From a virus: 37,839 nt of DNA. Positions 1-9,479 of the stretch are shown in pieces. The translations under genes were made by a program, and so were the position numbers. The number at the start of each line of letters is the position of its first letter. Positions within the stretch are counted from its first letter, which is position 1. The stretch is taken from the IMG/VR virus record IMGVR_UViG_3300045988_092680. One strand, given 5' to 3'. The notes under the pieces were generated by a model, which saw only the letters and a program-made list of their open reading frames with translations, was not told the origin of the DNA and did not search any database.

Positions 1-119
1 CTTTTTTTTGCATTAAGGAGGCGTTGCGTATGAAAGCAGATGTTATATGAATGTAGATAGATATATTAAGCAGTTGTTTATTAGTCTGTCAGAGTATAGC
101 CAATACTATGACATTACAA
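1..119. repeat. Terminal direct repeat, identical to 37721..37839 (circular-assembly overlap or terminal redundancy)
   Basis: Read directly: cttttttttgcattaaggaggcgttgcgtatgaaag...acattacaa present at both ends. Confidence 0.95.
30..50 (+). other. 6-codon leader mini-ORF (MKADVI*) with strong SD, ATGA-overlapped with the 47..316 ORF
   Basis: AAGGAGG at 15-21, ATG at 30, TGA at 48-50 overlapping ATG at 47; the downstream ORF has no SD of its own. Confidence 0.3.
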
Positions 120-316
120 TAGCAACCTTTGAAAAATATAATAGTGAATATAAAATTATTTCTAAGAGTATTCTACTTCAGTACAAGGAGAAACACCCTA
201 AAAAGAAAAATCATTATATTCAGTATAAAGAATGGTATAACAACAAGCGTGAGCTTGTAGTAAGGTTGAATGAGTTATGGCAAAACAAAAAACAGACAAA
301 GAACAAAAAGAAATAA
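47..316 (+). CDS. Hypothetical small basic protein upstream of terS
   Basis: 89-aa ORF in the co-oriented late operon; no recognisable motif. Confidence 0.45.
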   Translation: MNVDRYIKQLFISLSEYSQYYDITIATFEKYNSEYKIISKSILLQYKEKHPKKKNHYIQYKEWYNNKRELVVRLNELWQNKKQTKNKKK

Positions 317-789
317 TTGCTTACTTCTTGGAGTGTAATAATTATAGTCAAACAGCTCGTAAGTTTGGTATGTCTGATACCGGTGTTAGAAAAATAATAA
401 AAAGAAGTGCTGGAAAAGAAAGTACGAAACAGTTAGAGGAGAAAAAAAATAATAATACCCAGGAAGTTATCAAAGATATGGACGACCGAAAGGAAACGGT
501 TAAAAGAGTTCTGGGTAAGTTAATGCAAAATATTGAAGATAAGTGCGATAACGTAGATATGTTTACTACTCTTAGAGACTTAGCTATGGCTTATGGTACT
601 ATCGTAGATAAAGAATTTAAACGTCAAGAGTTAGAACTAAAGAAGAAAGAATTAGAACTTCAAGCGAAAGAGTTAGAGAGCGACGACAGCTTAAATGGTT
701 CTATTATTCAGGCTATTACTGGAAATATGTCTTCAATATGGGACGACGAGGAAAAAGATGTTAAAACTACTGAAGAAAAAGAAAAGTAA
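277..789 (+). CDS. terS: Terminase small subunit (N-terminal HTH)
   Basis: HTH-like segment IIAYFLECNNYSQTARKFGMSDTGVRKIIKR; coiled-coil/acidic tail; sits directly before terL. Confidence 0.7.
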   Translation: MAKQKTDKEQKEIIAYFLECNNYSQTARKFGMSDTGVRKIIKRSAGKESTKQLEEKKNNNTQEVIKDMDDRKETVKRVLGKLMQNIEDKCDNVDMFTTLRDLAMAYGTIVDKEFKRQELELKKKELELQAKELESDDSLNGSIIQAITGNMSSIWDDEEKDVKTTEEKEK

Positions 790-2101
790 GCCTTTTATAT
801 GGCAACCGCTCTCAAAGAAACAGTTAAAGATATTGTCTTGGTGGTGCGACGGTAGTCCTTACAAGGATTATGACGGCGTTATAGCTGACGGTGCTGTTAG
901 ATCAGGTAAAACTATATCAATGGCTCCCTCTTTTGTGTTATGGGCTATGACAAACTTTGACGGTGTTGATTTTGCGTTATGTGGTAAGACTATTGGTTCT
1001 TTAAGACGTAATGTAATCAATACATTAAAAAAACAAGTTCTTACTTTAGGTTATACATACGAAGAAAGACGTACAGATAATTTAATTATTATTTATAAGG
1101 GCGATAAGTATAATAATTTCTACTTGTTTGGTGGTAAAGACGAATCTTCACAAGATTTAATACAAGGTATGACGCTAGCTGGTGTATTTTTCGACGAGGT
1201 AGCACTTATGCCTTACTCTTTTGTAGATCAAGCTATGGCTAGATGTTCTGTTGAGGGTGCTAAATATTGGTTTAACTGTAATCCAAAAAATCCAAACCAC
1301 TGGTTTAAGGTTGAATTTATAGATAAAGCTAAAGAAAAGAGATTCTTATATTTACATTTTACTATGGACGATAACCTTACGTTATCAGAAAAAGTTAAAC
1401 TTCGTTATAAAAGAATGTTTGCTGGTGTCTTCTATAAAAGAAATGTCGAGGGATTATGGGTTACAGCAGAGGGACGTATTTATACTACGTTTGACGAAAG
1501 TAGAACTATTACTTATGAAGAATTTATAAATAAGTTTAAAGATAGTATTGTTGGAGCTTATATTGGAGTGGACTTTGGAGGTAATAAGTCCGCTACTTCT
1601 TTTACTCTTACATTAGTTACTAGAGGATTTAAAGAAGTAATCATAGTTGACGAATGGTATCACAAAGAAGAACTAACTCCTAAACAGTTGGAGACAAACT
1701 TCGTTGAGTTCGTTACTAATTCATTTAAAAAGTTCCCACAATTACACGACGTATATTGTGATAGTGCAGAACAGATTCTTATTAGTGGATTAAAAACAGC
1801 ACTATTAAAAGCAAAATACACAGATTCTAAGGGAATATTAAGAGGCTACCCTATAATAATTCATAATGCTATTAAAGGAGAAATTATAGATCGTATCAGA
1901 TTCACTACGGCTATGTTCGGACAAGATAGATTATGGGTTGTTAGAGAAAAATGTCCTAATACTATATCAGCGTTTGATAATGCTGTATGGGACGACGAAG
2001 AAATAGACGACGTTCGTTTGGACGACGGTAATTACAACATAGACTCTCTCGATAGTTTCGAGTATTCAATAGAAAAACAAATGAAACTAATTTTAAGATA
2101 A
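758..2101 (+). CDS. terL: Terminase large subunit
   Basis: Walker A-like DGAVRSGKT, Walker B-like GVFFDEV, C-terminal nuclease region. ORF opens at 695, but the ATG at 758 has a GAGGA SD 6 nt upstream. Confidence 0.9.
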   Translation: MLKLLKKKKSKPFIWQPLSKKQLKILSWWCDGSPYKDYDGVIADGAVRSGKTISMAPSFVLWAMTNFDGVDFALCGKTIGSLRRNVINTLKKQVLTLGYTYEERRTDNLIIIYKGDKYNNFYLFGGKDESSQDLIQGMTLAGVFFDEVALMPYSFVDQAMARCSVEGAKYWFNCNPKNPNHWFKVEFIDKAKEKRFLYLHFTMDDNLTLSEKVKLRYKRMFAGVFYKRNVEGLWVTAEGRIYTTFDESRTITYEEFINKFKDSIVGAYIGVDFGGNKSATSFTLTLVTRGFKEVIIVDEWYHKEELTPKQLETNFVEFVTNSFKKFPQLHDVYCDSAEQILISGLKTALLKAKYTDSKGILRGYPIIIHNAIKGEIIDRIRFTTAMFGQDRLWVVREKCPNTISAFDNAVWDDEEIDDVRLDDGNYNIDSLDSFEYSIEKQMKLILR

Positions 2102-2113
2102 GGAGTGATAGAT

Positions 2114-2239
2114 ATGTTAGAAACAATAATAGCTTTGATTGTTACAATAATAGCTTTAATAGGAACTATTATTATATGCGTGTTATCAGCTCATAAAAAA
2201 GAAATATGGGAGATAATCTATGAGAGATTTATAAAATAA
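2114..2239 (+). CDS. Small membrane protein (41 aa; below the ORF-track cutoff)
   Basis: AAGGAG SD at ~2100; MLETIIALIVTIIALIGTIIICVLSAHKKEIWEIIYERFIK is one hydrophobic helix; fills the terL-portal gap. Confidence 0.5.
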   Translation: MLETIIALIVTIIALIGTIIICVLSAHKKEIWEIIYERFIK

Positions 2240-2261
2240 TTAGAAAAGGAGATGTGATTTT

Positions 2262-3608
2262 ATGAATTCAATAGTTGAATATTTAAGAGGACTTGGTTAT
2301 AGTATTAACTCTGATTATTACGCTTATATAAATACTTGGCGTGAGTGGTATTCTGGAAAAGTTAAAAAGTTTCATTCATATAAACAATATAACGGTAAAA
2401 AACAAGTACCAAGAGAAAGATATACTTTAGGTATGGCTAAAAAAGGCTGTGAAGATTGGGCTAATAAGCTTATGAGTGAAAAAGTAACTATCTCCACCAC
2501 TTCTCAAGAAACACTAGACGACATATTGGAAAGGAACGAATTTTGGTTAAATGCTAATCAATTAGTAGAAGAAACTTTTGCGTTAGGTACAGGTGCGTTT
2601 GTAGAATATAAAGCAGGAGATCAACCTGTTATTGATTTTATTATTGCTCCTATGATATTCCCTCTTAAGTGGAAAAAAGGAAGAATAATTGATTGTGCTT
2701 TCGCTAGTTTAATTGAAAGCGGAGATAGAAAAACATATTACGTTAATATACATAAACAAGTTGGAAGTAAATATTGTGTAGAAAATAAAATTATTATTGC
2801 AAATAATGACGGAACATTTAACGAGGGAGAATTACCTAAGAATGTTATGCCGGTTGTATGGAATGATGTTAAAACATTTCAAATAATAAAACCTAATATA
2901 GTAAATAATATTGATATGGGTAATCCTATGGGAATGGCTATATTTGCTAACGCTATCGACGAAATGAAGACTATAGATCTTATTTATGATAGTTATAAAA
3001 ATGAGTTTAATCTTGGTAAAAAACGTATCTTTGTTAAAAGTGGTGCTTTAAATGTAGATTTAGAAAACGGAGACGCTGTTCCAGTGTTTGACGAAAACGA
3101 CATAGAGTTCTATGCAATGCCAGACGAAGACGGAACAGATATGATAAGGGAATCTAAGTTTGATATAAGAGCAGAACAACACGATACAGGCTTACAAACT
3201 AATCTTAATTTATTTGGTAAAAAAATTGGTTTTGGAGATAATGGCTATAAATGGGAAAAAGGACAAGTTAAAACAGCTACTGAAACAATTAGCGATAACT
3301 CTGAGATGTTTAGAAACATACAAAAACACGAAGTTATTCTTGAACCGGCTTTAATTGGTATGGTAGAAGCACTTATCTATTTAAAAACTGGTAAAGTATA
3401 TACAGGAGATACAACGATAAACTTTGACGATTCTATTATAGAAGATATGGCAGAAGTTAAGCGTCAAGCTATGATTGAATATAACGCCGGTATCATTGAT
3501 AAGGTAGAATATTATGTTAGAGTCTATAAAATAACTGAATCTGAAGCTATTAAAAAGATAGAAACTATGGAAGCTAGAAAACCTAAAGAAATGACTTACG
3601 AGGTGTAG
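2262..3608 (+). CDS. Portal protein
   Basis: 448 aa, immediately after terL and before the MuF-like gene; SD GGAGATG upstream. Confidence 0.8.
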   Translation: MNSIVEYLRGLGYSINSDYYAYINTWREWYSGKVKKFHSYKQYNGKKQVPRERYTLGMAKKGCEDWANKLMSEKVTISTTSQETLDDILERNEFWLNANQLVEETFALGTGAFVEYKAGDQPVIDFIIAPMIFPLKWKKGRIIDCAFASLIESGDRKTYYVNIHKQVGSKYCVENKIIIANNDGTFNEGELPKNVMPVVWNDVKTFQIIKPNIVNNIDMGNPMGMAIFANAIDEMKTIDLIYDSYKNEFNLGKKRIFVKSGALNVDLENGDAVPVFDENDIEFYAMPDEDGTDMIRESKFDIRAEQHDTGLQTNLNLFGKKIGFGDNGYKWEKGQVKTATETISDNSEMFRNIQKHEVILEPALIGMVEALIYLKTGKVYTGDTTINFDDSIIEDMAEVKRQAMIEYNAGIIDKVEYYVRVYKITESEAIKKIETMEARKPKEMTYEV

Positions 3609-3611
3609 TTT

Positions 3612-5159
3612 ATGCAAGACGATAAACGCATACAAGAGCTGTACGAAAAAATAGAAGCTGATTTATTGCGTAATATCGCTAGTAGATTAGATATTGAAGA
3701 AATAGACGGCGGTTCTGTTGAGTGGTACACTAGAAAACTTGACGATTTGGGTATGTTATCGAATGAGAATATCAAAGTAATTGCTAAATATACTGGAAAA
3801 ACTACAAAAGAAATAAAACAGTTATTAAAGAAAAGCGGTTATGCTAATATAGAAGAATCAGCCTACAAAGAAGCATTTCAGAAAAAAGTTTTAGCTCAAA
3901 AGGCTGTTCCTTTAATGAAATCTGAATCATTAAAAGAAATATTAAATACTTCTGTATCTAATTCCATTGATTCGTTTAATCTGGTTAATACTACCGCTTT
4001 AGAAAGTGCTAACGAAGAATATCTAAAAATAGTTAATCAAGTATATTTAGAAGTGTCTCAGGGATTATATGATTATAGTAGTTCTGTAAGAAAGGCTGTT
4101 ACTAAACTAGCTGAAAAAGGAATTAAAGGTGCTAGCTATATGCGTACTGACGGAACGAAGATTATAAGAACTTTAGAATCGGCTGTACGTATGCAGGTAT
4201 TAACAGCTAATAATCAATGTATGACAAAAATGCAAGAACAAAGAGCTAAGGAATGGGGTTCTAATCTTGTAGAAGTATCTTCACATATGGGAGCTAGACC
4301 TAGCCACGCTGAATGGCAAGGAAAAATATATATGCTAGAGGGTTCTAGTGCTGAATACCCTAATTTTTATGAAGCTACTGGTTATGGTACTGTTACTGGA
4401 TTATGTGGCGTTAATTGCCGACATACATTCTACCCTTATTTAGAGGGCGTCAGTGAAAAAACATACAAACACTATAATCTTAATGAAAATAAAGAACAGT
4501 ACGAAAGAGAGCAAAAACAACGCCAGTTAGAAAGAAAAATACGTGTAGAAAAGCAAAAAATAATTGTAGCCGAAGAAACTGGAGATAAACTTATGCTTGA
4601 AAAAGCAAGTATTAAGTTAAAAGAACGAAGAAACGATTTAAAAGACTTTATAGAAAAGAATAATCTCACTCGTGATTCTTCAAGAGAGTTTAAATACGGA
4701 TTTAATCGTTCTGTATCACAGAAAGCTACCGTTATTAGCCAAAACGTTGAAAATAAAGCTAATATGGCGTATAATTTAGGTAGTACGGAGAATAATGTTA
4801 AAGCATACCTAAGAGACGCCCCTATTAAGTCAACACTTAGTACAGATTTTGATTTAGATAATTATAGAGAGTCTAAATGGGAAAAACACGATCCTAACAA
4901 TAAGAACTATGACGGTGTATCTAGTCAAGTAACTATTTCAAAAGAATTGACTAAAGAATTGATTAAAAAATATTCTGGTACAGGTGCTTTAGAAAGAAAT
5001 GCTAAAAGTGGCTTATGGCAAAATAAAGAACTTATTCATTCAGATACTGTTGTTGGTAAGGTGTTAGACACAAATAATAATTGGGTTGAAACAAAATCTT
5101 TCAAAATACATTATTCTAAACGAGGAGTACATATTGTACCTACACTTAGAGATAAATAA
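3612..5159 (+). CDS. MuF / SPP1 gp7-like head morphogenesis protein with coiled-coil linker and ~150-aa C-terminal extension
   Basis: MuF-type motifs SSHMGARPSHAEWQGKIY and CGVNCRHTFYPY; KQRQLERKIRVEKQK coiled coil; extra C-terminal domain ending KIHYSKRGVHIVPTLRDK. Confidence 0.8.
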   Translation: MQDDKRIQELYEKIEADLLRNIASRLDIEEIDGGSVEWYTRKLDDLGMLSNENIKVIAKYTGKTTKEIKQLLKKSGYANIEESAYKEAFQKKVLAQKAVPLMKSESLKEILNTSVSNSIDSFNLVNTTALESANEEYLKIVNQVYLEVSQGLYDYSSSVRKAVTKLAEKGIKGASYMRTDGTKIIRTLESAVRMQVLTANNQCMTKMQEQRAKEWGSNLVEVSSHMGARPSHAEWQGKIYMLEGSSAEYPNFYEATGYGTVTGLCGVNCRHTFYPYLEGVSEKTYKHYNLNENKEQYEREQKQRQLERKIRVEKQKIIVAEETGDKLMLEKASIKLKERRNDLKDFIEKNNLTRDSSREFKYGFNRSVSQKATVISQNVENKANMAYNLGSTENNVKAYLRDAPIKSTLSTDFDLDNYRESKWEKHDPNNKNYDGVSSQVTISKELTKELIKKYSGTGALERNAKSGLWQNKELIHSDTVVGKVLDTNNNWVETKSFKIHYSKRGVHIVPTLRDK

Positions 5160-5173
5160 AGGAGTTAAAGATT

Positions 5174-5380
5174 ATGTCAGAAACAGAATTCATTAAGTTT
5201 TTTGGAAAAGATGTGGAAATTGTATTAAATACCGGAGAGTATATTAAAGGTCATTGCGAAACCTTTACCCGCTCTAGTGATAATGATAATGGTATCGCTT
5301 CTCTTTCTATTGCAACTGAAGACGGACTTTTGGAAGTAATGCAAAACGAAGTTGATACAATTAAAACTATTACACTTTAA
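5174..5380 (+). CDS. Small acidic hypothetical protein (candidate immunity partner of the MuF C-terminal domain)
   Basis: 68 aa with AAGGAG SD, directly after the MuF gene and followed by a terminator. Confidence 0.55.
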   Translation: MSETEFIKFFGKDVEIVLNTGEYIKGHCETFTRSSDNDNGIASLSIATEDGLLEVMQNEVDTIKTITL

Positions 5381-5426
5381 TTACACTTAATTAGTGTTAT
5401 TATGGTATTGTGATAATTTATAAAAG

Positions 5427-5449
5427 AACTGACTATTGTCGGTTTTTTT
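5427..5449 (+). terminator. Rho-independent terminator
   Basis: aactgac-tatt-gtcggtt stem (one G-U pair) followed by tttttg. Confidence 0.5.
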
Positions 5450-5543
5450 GTTTATTATGTTTTTACTCGATTACAAGAGAATAAAACGGTTATTTCGACT
5501 TTACAGCCTACAAGCTGAATAAAAACTGAGAGGAGAAGATAAT

Positions 5544-6107
5544 ATGGATTGGTTAAAAGAAATTTTAACAAAAGCAGGAGTTGAAAACGAAAAGATTACT
5601 ACTATTGTAGAAAGTGCAAAGAAAGAAGTTCCTACGTACTATGTACCTAAGAATGACTTTAACGAAAAAGTAACAGAGGTAAAAACTCTTACTACTGAAA
5701 AAGAAACTCTTACTACTCAACTTGAGGAACTAAAGAAAGTAGATCCTACTAAGTTGCAAGAGGAAATCACTAAACTACAACAAGCTAATAAGGATTTAGA
5801 AACAAACGGTAAAAAGGAATTAGCTGACGTTAAACGTATGAGTGCTATTGATTTAGCAATCGCTAATTCTAAAACTATTGACGCTATCTCTTTAAAAGCT
5901 AATTTAGATTTAGATAAGATTACTTATGACGAAAAGACTGGTAATTTATCTGGAATCGACGAACAAATAAGTAGTATTCGTGAATCTAAAAAGTATTTAT
6001 TTACTGAAGCTCCTACTGACGGAGGTATGCCACAAGGCGGAATACCACCAAAAGAAAAAACTATTGACGACGAAATCCGTGAGAATATTTACGGCGAGTC
6101 AAAATAA
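5544..6107 (+). CDS. Scaffolding protein (phage GP20-like)
   Basis: MDWLKEILTKAGVE...YVPKNDFNEKV, long coiled coil; sits before the major capsid gene. Confidence 0.7.
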   Translation: MDWLKEILTKAGVENEKITTIVESAKKEVPTYYVPKNDFNEKVTEVKTLTTEKETLTTQLEELKKVDPTKLQEEITKLQQANKDLETNGKKELADVKRMSAIDLAIANSKTIDAISLKANLDLDKITYDEKTGNLSGIDEQISSIRESKKYLFTEAPTDGGMPQGGIPPKEKTIDDEIRENIYGESK

Positions 6108-6124
6108 TTAAGGAGGAATGATTT

Positions 6125-7231
6125 ATGCTAACATTAGCACAAGCACAAAACTTATCACAAAGTAAGTTGACTAATAAGATTATTGACGAATTTAGAAAGT
6201 GTCCTCTTTTAGACGCTATTCCATTCGACAATACTGTTAAACCACAAGGCGGAAAAACATTAGCTTATGTATTTAACAGAATTACGACTCAGCCAACAGC
6301 TGGAGCTCGTAAAATTAACGGAGAATATACTTCTCAAGAAACTGTTACTACACCAACAACAGTTGTATTAAAAGTTATGGGTGGTTCTTATGAATTAGAC
6401 CGTGTTATCGCAAATGACGAAAAACAAGTTGTAGATCACGTACAATTCCAATCTACTCAAAAAGCTAAAGCAACAAGAGCTTATTTCTTGGATCAATTTA
6501 TCAATGGAGACGTTGCTGTTGACGCTGACGGATTCGATGGTATTGATAAAGCTGTTAAAGGTACTATTACAGAACGTAATACTGATACAGTTTTAGATTT
6601 ATCTACATCTGAAAAAATTGATTCTAATTATAAAAAATTGTTATATGAAATTCGTAAGGTAACTGCGAAAATGAGTCAAAAACCTACTCACTATTGTATG
6701 AATAGTGATATGTACGCTGTTTTCCAAACTATCGCTGATAGAGTTCCTAATATTAGATATGATAAGTCTTCTATGGGAGACGAAATTATCAAATATGGTA
6801 CTGCTGTATTAGTTGATATGGGAGATAAACCTGGTACAACTAAACCTATCGTTGAAATAAACGAAGACGGAGAAACTTCTCTATATGCTGTTGTATTAGA
6901 CTTAGAGGGCGTACACGGTGTAAGTCCAGACGGTAACGATTTAATTAAACATTATTACCCAGACTTTAAGACAGCTGGAGCTGTTAAAAAAGGCGAAGTA
7001 GAAATGGTAGGAGCTATTGCTGTTGAAGCTACTAGATCTGTTGGTGTTATCAGAAAAATTAAAATTGCTGAAGTAGAATATACACAAACTTCAGACACTA
7101 AATATTTAGCCGGTAAAACTTACTATTCTAAAGAAACAAGCGGTGCTTATAAAAAATTAACTGCTGGTACTGATTATACTGTTGGTGGAGATATTTCAGG
7201 AACAGTATATGAAAAAACTTTAAGTGTGTAA
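6125..7231 (+). CDS. Major capsid protein
   Basis: 368 aa after the scaffold gene, strong SD, followed by a terminator. Confidence 0.8.
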   Translation: MLTLAQAQNLSQSKLTNKIIDEFRKCPLLDAIPFDNTVKPQGGKTLAYVFNRITTQPTAGARKINGEYTSQETVTTPTTVVLKVMGGSYELDRVIANDEKQVVDHVQFQSTQKAKATRAYFLDQFINGDVAVDADGFDGIDKAVKGTITERNTDTVLDLSTSEKIDSNYKKLLYEIRKVTAKMSQKPTHYCMNSDMYAVFQTIADRVPNIRYDKSSMGDEIIKYGTAVLVDMGDKPGTTKPIVEINEDGETSLYAVVLDLEGVHGVSPDGNDLIKHYYPDFKTAGAVKKGEVEMVGAIAVEATRSVGVIRKIKIAEVEYTQTSDTKYLAGKTYYSKETSGAYKKLTAGTDYTVGGDISGTVYEKTLSV

Positions 7232-7254
7232 TTTAAAGGCGATTGAAATTAAAG

Positions 7255-7281
7255 CCTTTCTCTTAACTGGGAAAGGTTTTT
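7255..7281 (+). terminator. Rho-independent terminator after the capsid gene
   Basis: cctttc-(10 nt)-gaaagg followed by ttttt. Confidence 0.55.
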
Positions 7282-7305
7282 AATTTAGTTATAAGGAGGA
7301 ATATT

Positions 7306-7701
7306 ATGTTTAAAATAACAGCACCTGAAAAAAGCTATAATGGTGTATCTAGCAATATTGCGTTTGTAAACGGCGTTGCTATTGCTGAATTAGATCCTTT
7401 TACTAGAGAATGGTTTTTAAGCAAGGGTTATTCTTTAGAAGAAATAAAACAAGAAAAACCTAAGGCTACTCCAGAAGCTGGTAATCCAGAAACCGGAGAA
7501 AATGTTAAGGAACCTACTAAGGCTGAATTAACAGCTAGAGCTGAAGAACTAGGAATCGAAATTAAAGGAAAATTAACTAACAATCAAATAAAAGAATTGA
7601 TTGCTAATAAAGAAGCTGAATTAAAAGCTTTAGAAGATAAGGATCCAGAAGCTGGTAATCCAGAAACCGGAGAAAATGGAGATCCTGAGAAAGGAGAATA
7701 A
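7306..7701 (+). CDS. Hypothetical head-associated protein with Rho_N/HeH-like segment and duplicated PEAGNPETGEN motif
   Basis: TKAELTARAEELGIEIKGKLTNNQIKELI; N-terminus paralogous to the next ORF. Confidence 0.6.
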   Translation: MFKITAPEKSYNGVSSNIAFVNGVAIAELDPFTREWFLSKGYSLEEIKQEKPKATPEAGNPETGENVKEPTKAELTARAEELGIEIKGKLTNNQIKELIANKEAELKALEDKDPEAGNPETGENGDPEKGE

Positions 7702-7703
7702 TT

Positions 7704-7919
7704 ATGTTTTTAGTTATCTCTCCTGATTCTTCATTTAATGGAGAATTTGCCGGGTATAAGTTCAAAAATGGTAATTGTATCACAGAATTAGACGATAATT
7801 TACAATTATGGTTTAAAATGCTTGGTTTTAAGCTTAAAAAGTACAATGAGCCTGAAAAAAAGAACGAAAAACCAGTAATTGAGGAAAAAAAAGCAAAAGA
7901 AAAAAACGAAGATAAGTAG
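7704..7919 (+). CDS. Hypothetical protein, N-terminal paralog of 7306..7701
   Basis: MFLVISPDSSFNGEFAGYKFKNGNCITELD aligns with MFKITAPEKSYNGVSSNIAFVNGVAIAELD. Confidence 0.55.
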   Translation: MFLVISPDSSFNGEFAGYKFKNGNCITELDDNLQLWFKMLGFKLKKYNEPEKKNEKPVIEEKKAKEKNEDK

Positions 7920-7927
7920 GTGGTTAA

Positions 7928-8329
7928 ATGAATTATGTCGATTTAACTTTTTACAATGATCTTACTGGAGAAAGTATGACTGAAAAAACATTTAGTTCTT
8001 TAGTAGATATAGCTAGTAGGATTATTGACGAAAAAACACTATTTAAAACTTATCACTTTAACGAGTTTCCAGATGTAATAAAAACAGCTGTGAAAAAAGC
8101 CACTGCATTTCAGATTCAAAAAATGAATCAAGACGGCGGTGTTAAGTCGTTAAACAAAGGCAATTATACAAGTGAATCTATTGGAAGTTATAGCTATCAA
8201 AAAGCTTCTAAGTCAGAACAAAAATTGGAAACAATAAACGGTATAGAGGTTAGTCCTCTTGTTGATGTTTACTTGCTCCCTACTGGCTTATTGAATAGAG
8301 GCTTAAATAAATGTTTCCACACTCAATAA
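7928..8329 (+). CDS. Head-tail connector (gp6-like) protein
   Basis: Position and size in the neck module. Confidence 0.5.
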   Translation: MNYVDLTFYNDLTGESMTEKTFSSLVDIASRIIDEKTLFKTYHFNEFPDVIKTAVKKATAFQIQKMNQDGGVKSLNKGNYTSESIGSYSYQKASKSEQKLETINGIEVSPLVDVYLLPTGLLNRGLNKCFHTQ

Positions 8330-8697
8330 CAGTTTGGAATCAGATAGCTAGTAATCATACAGGAGGATTTACTTATAACAAAGTATTTATTGATAACGTT
8401 AGATATGAATTAACGATTGCTAAACAAAACACTAAAGAGGGAGAAACAAACACTAGTCTTTTAAACTTATTTGTATTTCCAGATAAGATAGATACTGACA
8501 GTGTGTATATTGAGCCAAAAGAATATGAGTTATTAGAAGATAAAAAAGGTTATTACACTTTTGATACTGATACTTATATTGGTTTAGGTAAAATAGATAC
8601 TCCTATTCCTAGTGGAAATAGTTATTCTGTTGATAGTGTTAAACCAGTACACGCTATGGGTAATGAAATACATCATTTTGAAATATCAGGTTCTTAA
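8311..8697 (+). CDS. Head closure / head-tail adaptor protein
   Basis: Position in the neck module; overlapping starts and stops. Confidence 0.45.
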   Translation: MFPHSITVWNQIASNHTGGFTYNKVFIDNVRYELTIAKQNTKEGETNTSLLNLFVFPDKIDTDSVYIEPKEYELLEDKKGYYTFDTDTYIGLGKIDTPIPSGNSYSVDSVKPVHAMGNEIHHFEISGS

Positions 8698-9059
8698 TGA
8701 ATGTAAAAGTTGATTTTGACGAAAATAAAGTCGCCAATTCATTTACAGGTAGTTACACACGAGCGAGAAAATGGTTAAAGAATGAGGTTGCAAAAGATAC
8801 GAATTATTTTATTCCTAAACAATCAGGAGAACTCGAAAGAAGTGTTATTCCTAGTATAGGAGATAATGAGGATCGTTTGAAGTGGGACGAGATATATGCT
8901 TCATATCAATATTATGGTAAAAGAGCTGACGGAACTCACGTTATTTTACATCATTCTAGCACAAACCCCAACGCTTCTACTTTCTATTTTGAAAAAGCGA
9001 AAGCTGGAAATAAAGAAAAATGGATTCGTGTAGCAAGAAAATTAGCTGGAGGTAGATAA
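8697..9059 (+). CDS. Head-tail joining protein (HK97 gp10 / minor-capsid-like)
   Basis: FIPKQSGELERSV resembles the gp10-family PxxTGxLxxS motif; position. Confidence 0.5.
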   Translation: MNVKVDFDENKVANSFTGSYTRARKWLKNEVAKDTNYFIPKQSGELERSVIPSIGDNEDRLKWDEIYASYQYYGKRADGTHVILHHSSTNPNASTFYFEKAKAGNKEKWIRVARKLAGGR

Positions 9060-9060
9060 A

Positions 9061-9477
9061 ATGCAAGAAATACTAATTGTTAAAAGTGTGTTAGATTATA
9101 TTAACGATCATAGTAAAGAAATGAATTTGCCTTGTAAATTAGAATTAGAAGATATTGCTCCTAAAGGATTATCAATGTCTCTGCAACAAATAAGCGGAGA
9201 AAAATATTTTGAAAAAGATATTGTTGGTAATGAGAGTGGATTCTTCCCTTTTGCTATTTATTCTCAAAATACAAATGTTGATAAATTAGGTATTATTAAA
9301 CCTTTATGGAATATATCTGATTATTTTGATAAGCATAAACAAGAAATTGTTTTGCAAGACGGTAGAACTACTGTTAATGTGGAAATGACAGGAACTCCTG
9401 CTCTATATTCACGTGCTAAAGACGGTACAGTAATCTATCAAGCCATTTATAAAGTGGAATACTATAAGGAGGTATAA
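9061..9477 (+). CDS. Tail completion / tail terminator-like protein
   Basis: Position immediately before the major tail protein. Confidence 0.45.
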   Translation: MQEILIVKSVLDYINDHSKEMNLPCKLELEDIAPKGLSMSLQQISGEKYFEKDIVGNESGFFPFAIYSQNTNVDKLGIIKPLWNISDYFDKHKQEIVLQDGRTTVNVEMTGTPALYSRAKDGTVIYQAIYKVEYYKEV

Positions 9478-9479
9478 AT

